From assembly GCA_008632985.1 (NCBI GenBank), contig QPGO01000137.1:1-64000 (forward strand): a stretch of DNA of 64,000 nt. Direction: 5' to 3'. This document shows positions 61,385-64,000 of the stretch, piece by piece (position 1 is the first letter of the stretch; each line of letters starts with the position of its first letter). The translations under genes were made by a program, and so were the position numbers. A model generated the notes under the pieces. The model did no database searches, was not told where the DNA came from, and saw only the letters and a program-made list of their open reading frames with translations. The DNA comes from Psammoneis japonica (lineage: Eukaryota).

Positions 61385-64000
61385 AGCCAGCAGAAAGCAG
61401 AGAGCCAAGAGGAGGCTGTGGAGAATGCCAACACGGCCACTCAACAATCTTGACAGGGGGTTTCCAGATGTGTGCAGTGAACACAAGGTCAACAAAAGGA
61501 ACACAGCATGCAAAACAAGTTGTGGTGTGTGAAGTGCTCTCACATTTTGTTCCATTTTGCGAGCTGCTTTGAAAAAGACCACAAGTCATCAAGCTGTGGA
61601 TTGCATCAAAGAAGACTTGCAGTTGAAAAATTAAATTCTGGAGCAGAGTCAAGAACAACAGCCACAACAGCCCCTGAACCATCACATCGACTTGGAGCAA
61701 AAAGGAGCTGCTCATTGCAGCAGCGCAGCGCACATGCATGAGGCTGGCCTGTTCACGCTGAATGTTTCAGTTTGCGCTTCGTGCCTCATTGCAGTGAAGA
61801 GCGCTTGTGATGTGTGAAAGGTGCACGACTTTGGCTTTTTTTTCAAATGCAGTTGGGTCGCATGGCAGCCAAAATTGAAAAAGAGTTGCCAAATTTCTGT
61901 TTCAAATGAAAATGGAAAATGAAGCTTGGCTGGGGTTGGCCTCTCAGACTGAGAAATTTCCTGTTGTAAAAAAAAACAAACAAGGGAACGACAAACATTT
62001 TAGTCCAATTGGTCCATCAGGTTGTGAACTGTTCATTTGGTTGTCTTTGTCACTGCCGCTGTGGCACCAAATCAAATGTGCTGCCACAACTTGAAAAACA
62101 AACAAATTCGATGAACATTCTCAGTCAAGACATTGCGCACTGAACCTCACGCAGATTTCTGCGTGATCATCACAGTGCGTTTTCTGCGCTGGTTGCAATG
62201 GCCATCTGCGGTTGTTTTTGACAACTTCTTTTGATTTGACAACTGTGCAAGTGGCGCTGATTGAACATGCCAAGCAGATGTGACATGTGATGCAAATGAC
62301 ACAGTGAAATGTTGTGCAGATCTTCCCAAAACAGAGCTGTTGCATTTTTGCTCTTCTGTTGAATCACACAAAGTCATTGCACAAGGCAGGCAAACAAGAT
62401 GATTGTGGCACGCCAGCTGTCCTGTGTGCTGATTGAAGTGCGGTGGATTTAACACGCTTGTTTTTGTTTCATTCGCCTGAAGCTCAAGAGGTCAAATTGG
62501 CCTGAGAAGCATGTGCACAAGCTTGACAGTGAATGAAATCACTGCGCAAGTCTAAAATTTTTGTTCTGATCAAAACAGAAATGACGCCAGTGCACTGGTC
62601 AGAGCATTCCTGTTCAAATGGTGTCACTTTTGTTGTCACAAGTTGGAACTTGGCACTTCTGTGCACCGCCATTGTCATGTTGCATGTCATTTGGTCAGCA
62701 ACAACTTCCACATTTTCATGTCTGTCGATGCATGTTTTGTGTTTGTTGTTTGTGGTTTGTCACAGAGATTGCAAAAGCATGGGCTCAAGCTCAAGAAATG
62801 AGCTGGTGTGAAGGGCCACCACGTGAACCCCATTTTGCAAATGTGGGTTGGCCTGCTCATCTTTTTGCTGTCTTTTCTGCGTGTGTTTGAGTGAAGGGAG
62901 AGGTGTTTCTTTGCCATGATGACTGCACCGGCAGCTGAGTTGTCTGAAGAATGTGATGATTTCAAAGAATGTGATGATGTTGTGAATTGCAACTCTAGAT
63001 GCAATGTTGCCAATTGCAATGGCAGTTGAAAAAAATGATGCCGCTGCAAATCGCAATTGCCACAAAACAGGTTGTTCCATTCTGAAGTGGCGTCCACCTT
63101 GTTGCATGACTTCACGGCAGATTGTGCAACACACGAGCATCAACAGATTCAAGGAGGGAATGATGTGAGCCATGCACCAACAAATCCATCCGGAGTGGCT
63201 CAATTTGAACACGGTGAAAAACACTTGAAGGGTCACGAAAATCCACAATCTGATGGACAGATGACAGACCAAATGTTCGCCAAAAAGGTCACAAATCGGC
63301 ATGCATGAAATTGTCCTGAGTCATGCACGCCAAACATTTCTCTGTTGAGGCGACACACCAGCCTGTTTCTTGAACTTGAGCCTGTGACAAAAGGAGGTGC
63401 CATGCAATTGGCTGAAAGACAAACAATTTTTGACCAGCTGGGCTGGAAAAGTTTGTTGTTCATTTGTTTGTTTTTTTTGCAATGGAAGGTCTCAGGAGTT
63501 TCGTTTCTGGGTGCACCTCCGGGTTCCCCACCAAATTTCTGCCATCATTTTCAAAGACCGTGCCGTGGCCATTCACATGGTCAAGGCATGATTTGGGCAG
63601 CTGACAGAGCAACAACGGCACTGCTGCAGAAAACATTGCATCAATGCAACATCAGAGTGAACTCACGGGCATTGCTGGCTCTGACAAGGTGAGCTGGTGA
63701 ACAGATGATCTGTCTTTTGATGTCGCTGTGTGTGTGTTCTCCTGAAGGTGCTCCTGGCTCCAGTGTCTGGGACTGTCGAGGAGAAAGAAGACACCCAAAT
63801 GCCTTCACGTCACTTGGATGGTGTGATTGATTCAAATCTTGTTGGGTTCAGATGCTCCTTGCATGTGCATGACCGGTCCTTGCTTGAACCAGATGGTGCT
63901 GTGAAAAAGCAGATTTCCGTGCCTTCTCCAAGGCATGAATCGACATCATGCACACAACATGTGGCCACCCGACAAAATGCCATCCATCCAAACAGGCTTC

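Noticed and set aside
1..64000. Classical RIP or CpG deamination as the sole cause of the dinucleotide bias
   Set aside because: RIP would raise TpA. CpG loss is visible in the oldest tracts but cannot produce TTAA->TCAA/TTGA or Tyr->Cys/His, and CpGs persist in LTRs that have lost TpA.

Overview
Eukaryotic DNA, most likely a diatom (inferred from diatom-type Copia/CoDi, piggyBac and CRE-like relics and compact genes). Short gene islands sit in nested transposon debris. The islands hold a glutaminase with a TerB-like tail, two PD-(D/E)xK Crinkler-type nuclease genes (one frameshifted), a gamma-glutamylcyclotransferase-like gene, an atypical Hsp70, an MgtE pseudogene and a 5-exon bestrophin-like gene. 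The main signal is that repeat DNA has almost no TpA (none seen by eye between 78 and 1168), while the gene islands have normal TpA. Four internal comparisons give the direction as TpA->TpG/CpA (A->G on either strand): paired LTRs, MITE copies, TTAA target duplications changed to TCAA/TTGA, and Tyr->Cys/His changes in TE proteins. Surviving TpA is mostly YTAR, and the loss outpaces CpG decay. This looks like a repeat-targeted hypermutation running opposite to fungal RIP; the mechanism cannot be read from the sequence. Most short ORFs in the track are artefacts of the lost TAA/TAG stops. All counts and alignments were done by eye.
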